The notes under the pieces: model-generated
Told to the model about the DNA's origin: nothing
What the model saw: the letters and a program-made list of their open reading frames with translations, nothing else
Databases searched by the model: none
Shown: piece after piece, positions 33,140-34,784 of the stretch
Layout: every line of letters starts with the position of its first letter
Position numbering within the stretch: the stretch's first letter is position 1
Translations under genes and position numbers: made by a program
Assembly (NCBI RefSeq): GCF_001194135.2
Contig: NC_068981.1
Coordinates: 105,441,910-105,476,693 of the forward strand
Direction: 5' to 3'
Origin: Octopus bimaculoides
Lineage: Eukaryota
DNA length: 34,784 nucleotides

Positions 33140-33315
33140 TCTGATTTAAGCACAAAGCTAACAATTTTGAAGGGATGGATTTAGTCAATAGTATTGACTA
33201 TACTGTATTTTAACATCTGGTACTTTATTTTATTAACCCTGAAGGGATAAAAAGCAAACTTGACCTCAATGCAATTTGAACATGGAATGTAAAGAGCCAG
33301 AAGAAATGTTGGAAT
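33140..33315 (-). mobile_element. SINE family B, inverted, 5'-truncated copy
   Basis: The reverse complement contains GTTCAAATTGCATTGAGGTCAAG...AAAGTACCAG...GACTAAATCCATCCC...AAAATT. Confidence 0.65.
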
Positions 33316-33509
33316 ATATGCTCAAATGGTTCAGTCAATCTACTACCAATAGTAAACAAACATAATTAAGTCATATACTATTCCACTGGGCTATATGTGC
33401 CACTTCAGTGGGAAAACAGATAAGAAATGCGATAAACATGTACCAAACATGATACATGAACACTTGACCTCAGTCACTTGGAACATGTCTTTTCACACTG
33501 AAAGGAGAT

Positions 33510-33800
33510 CAAGGCAAACCATCCAGACGTCATTATAAACATCTGAAATAAAAGACCTGTACTCTTAGAGGTACCTTGATCTAGAAAGACGGTGGAGAAA
33601 CTGTTAACGCACAGGATCTCAAAACTGAAATAAACTGCTTCTGGAGTATAGAAATGAAAACAGTACCAATAGTAACTGGAGCACTTGGTATGACAAAAAG
33701 AAATCAACAAAAACATATAACCCATACAAAAGGTAACCTTGCTAACCTCAGCCAACATCTTACACAAAATACTTTGAATTCAATATTAAACACAATCAGT
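33510..33800 (+). mobile_element. R4/Dong-clade LINE 3' fragment
   Basis: DLKTEINCFWSIEMKTVPIVTGALGMTKRNQQKHI matches the KY.DL..EI...W......P++.GALG C-terminus also seen at about 24060-24260. Confidence 0.65.
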
Positions 33801-34133
33801 ACATATTCTATATGCAAAACATGCTCTAAATTATCACCATTCAATAAAATTATACAATTCACACACACAACAAATACACTATGAAATCCCAAATCACTCT
33901 GGTTAACACCTGATAAAATGACATAGCACATACTATTATAAATTGATACTATATACAATCATAGCAATAATTCACACAACACAAATTCTATACAGTTGCA
34001 ACCATTTAATATAACACAATCCATACAGCAACAAGAAGTGGTGCTTTTCAAAGCTCTAAGTTTGAAATAAGGTAAAATTTAATTTTAGAGAAAACTTGTG
34101 GGAAGATGGAAAAACCAAAAACTTATATAATAC

Positions 34134-34297
34134 CTGCATGGCCTGCCATATGATGTAGAATTGTTTGTCCACTGATGTCTTTCTTTCCTTGTAAAATCTT
34201 CCTAGCTTTTTGTCGTTCAATCTCTTCTAATTTTTTCCTTAATTCTTCTTCTTCCTTCTCCTTTTGTAACTGAATTTGCCTTAACCTTTCTTCTTCC
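34134..34297 (-). CDS. Ankyrin-repeat protein exon (EEERLRQIQLQKEKEEEELRKKLEEIERQKARKILQGKKDISGQTILHHMAGHA)
   Basis: Acceptor TTTACAACAG|, donor GCAG|GTATTA, 164 nt, phase 2/1. Coiled coil followed by the ankyrin start GQTILH. The gene continues upstream (beyond 34297). Confidence 0.85.
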
Positions 34298-34542
34298 CTG
34301 TTGTAAATATATGAGTTTGTTTATGTATTTGTACGAACAAAATGTATATGTATGAAAATGTGTATGTTGATAGAAGTTGGTTACATGGATAAAATAGCAC
34401 TCTATCTGCTCATGGATCAGGAGTTCAGATCCAGGGCAGACTTTCATTACATTTCTGGATAAAATATTTTTTTTTTCTGCATTGCCTCACTTCAGAATCC
34501 ATTCATACTCACATTTGATTGTAAACCCTATTTATTTCACTA

Positions 34543-34578
<36 letters not shown>

Positions 34579-34579
34579 G

Positions 34580-34784
34580 TGTGCATGTCTGTGTTTGTTC
34601 CTCCCACCATCGCTTAGAAACTGATGTTGGTGTGTTTACATCCACGTAACTTAGCAGTTCAACAGAAGATATCGATAGAATAAGCACCAAGCTTACAAAA
34701 AATAAGTCCAGGGGTAGATTTCTTCAATTAAAAGGCGGTTCTCCAGCATGACCACACTTAAATGACTGAAACAAGTAACGGAGT
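34580..34784 (+). mobile_element. SINE family A, 3' half
   Basis: TGTTTGTTCCTCCCACCATCGCTT...GTAACTTAGCAGTTC...GATAGAATAAG...CTCCAGCATGACC...ATGACTGAAACA matches 29330-29520. Confidence 0.8.

Noticed and set aside
34385-34530. Candidate upstream ankyrin exons (34385-34454; 15-nt micro-exon before GTGAGT near 34512-34526)
   Set aside because: The first ends in phase 0 rather than the needed phase 2. The second has a poor acceptor and is too short to support.

Overview
AT-rich, microsatellite-dense animal genomic DNA with scaffold N-gaps. The repeat families (RTE LINEs with (GAT)n tails, tRNA-derived SINEs) look cephalopod, probably Octopus; this is inferred from repeat style, not from a search. 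Two spliced host genes converge. On + is a CCDC34-like coiled-coil gene (coding exons 15314-15675 and 18025-18575; terminal exon not found). On - is an ankyrin-repeat gene, for which I could chain six phase-compatible exons (34297 to 22389) that the ORF track mostly misses. The rest is decayed mobile DNA: several RTE LINE copies carrying a PHD-type Cys/His module, a Penelope-like element (PLE: RT plus GIY-YIG), an R4/Dong-type LINE sitting inside a (TAA)n array, a Chapaev3-like DNA transposon remnant, three TTAA-bounded MITEs and two SINE families. The most notable non-coding signal is a set of four hammerhead-ribozyme-like motifs. One has an unusually long stem II (8449-8576), and two lie in sense orientation within host-gene introns. 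No prokaryotic-type system, CRISPR array or intact autonomous element is supported.
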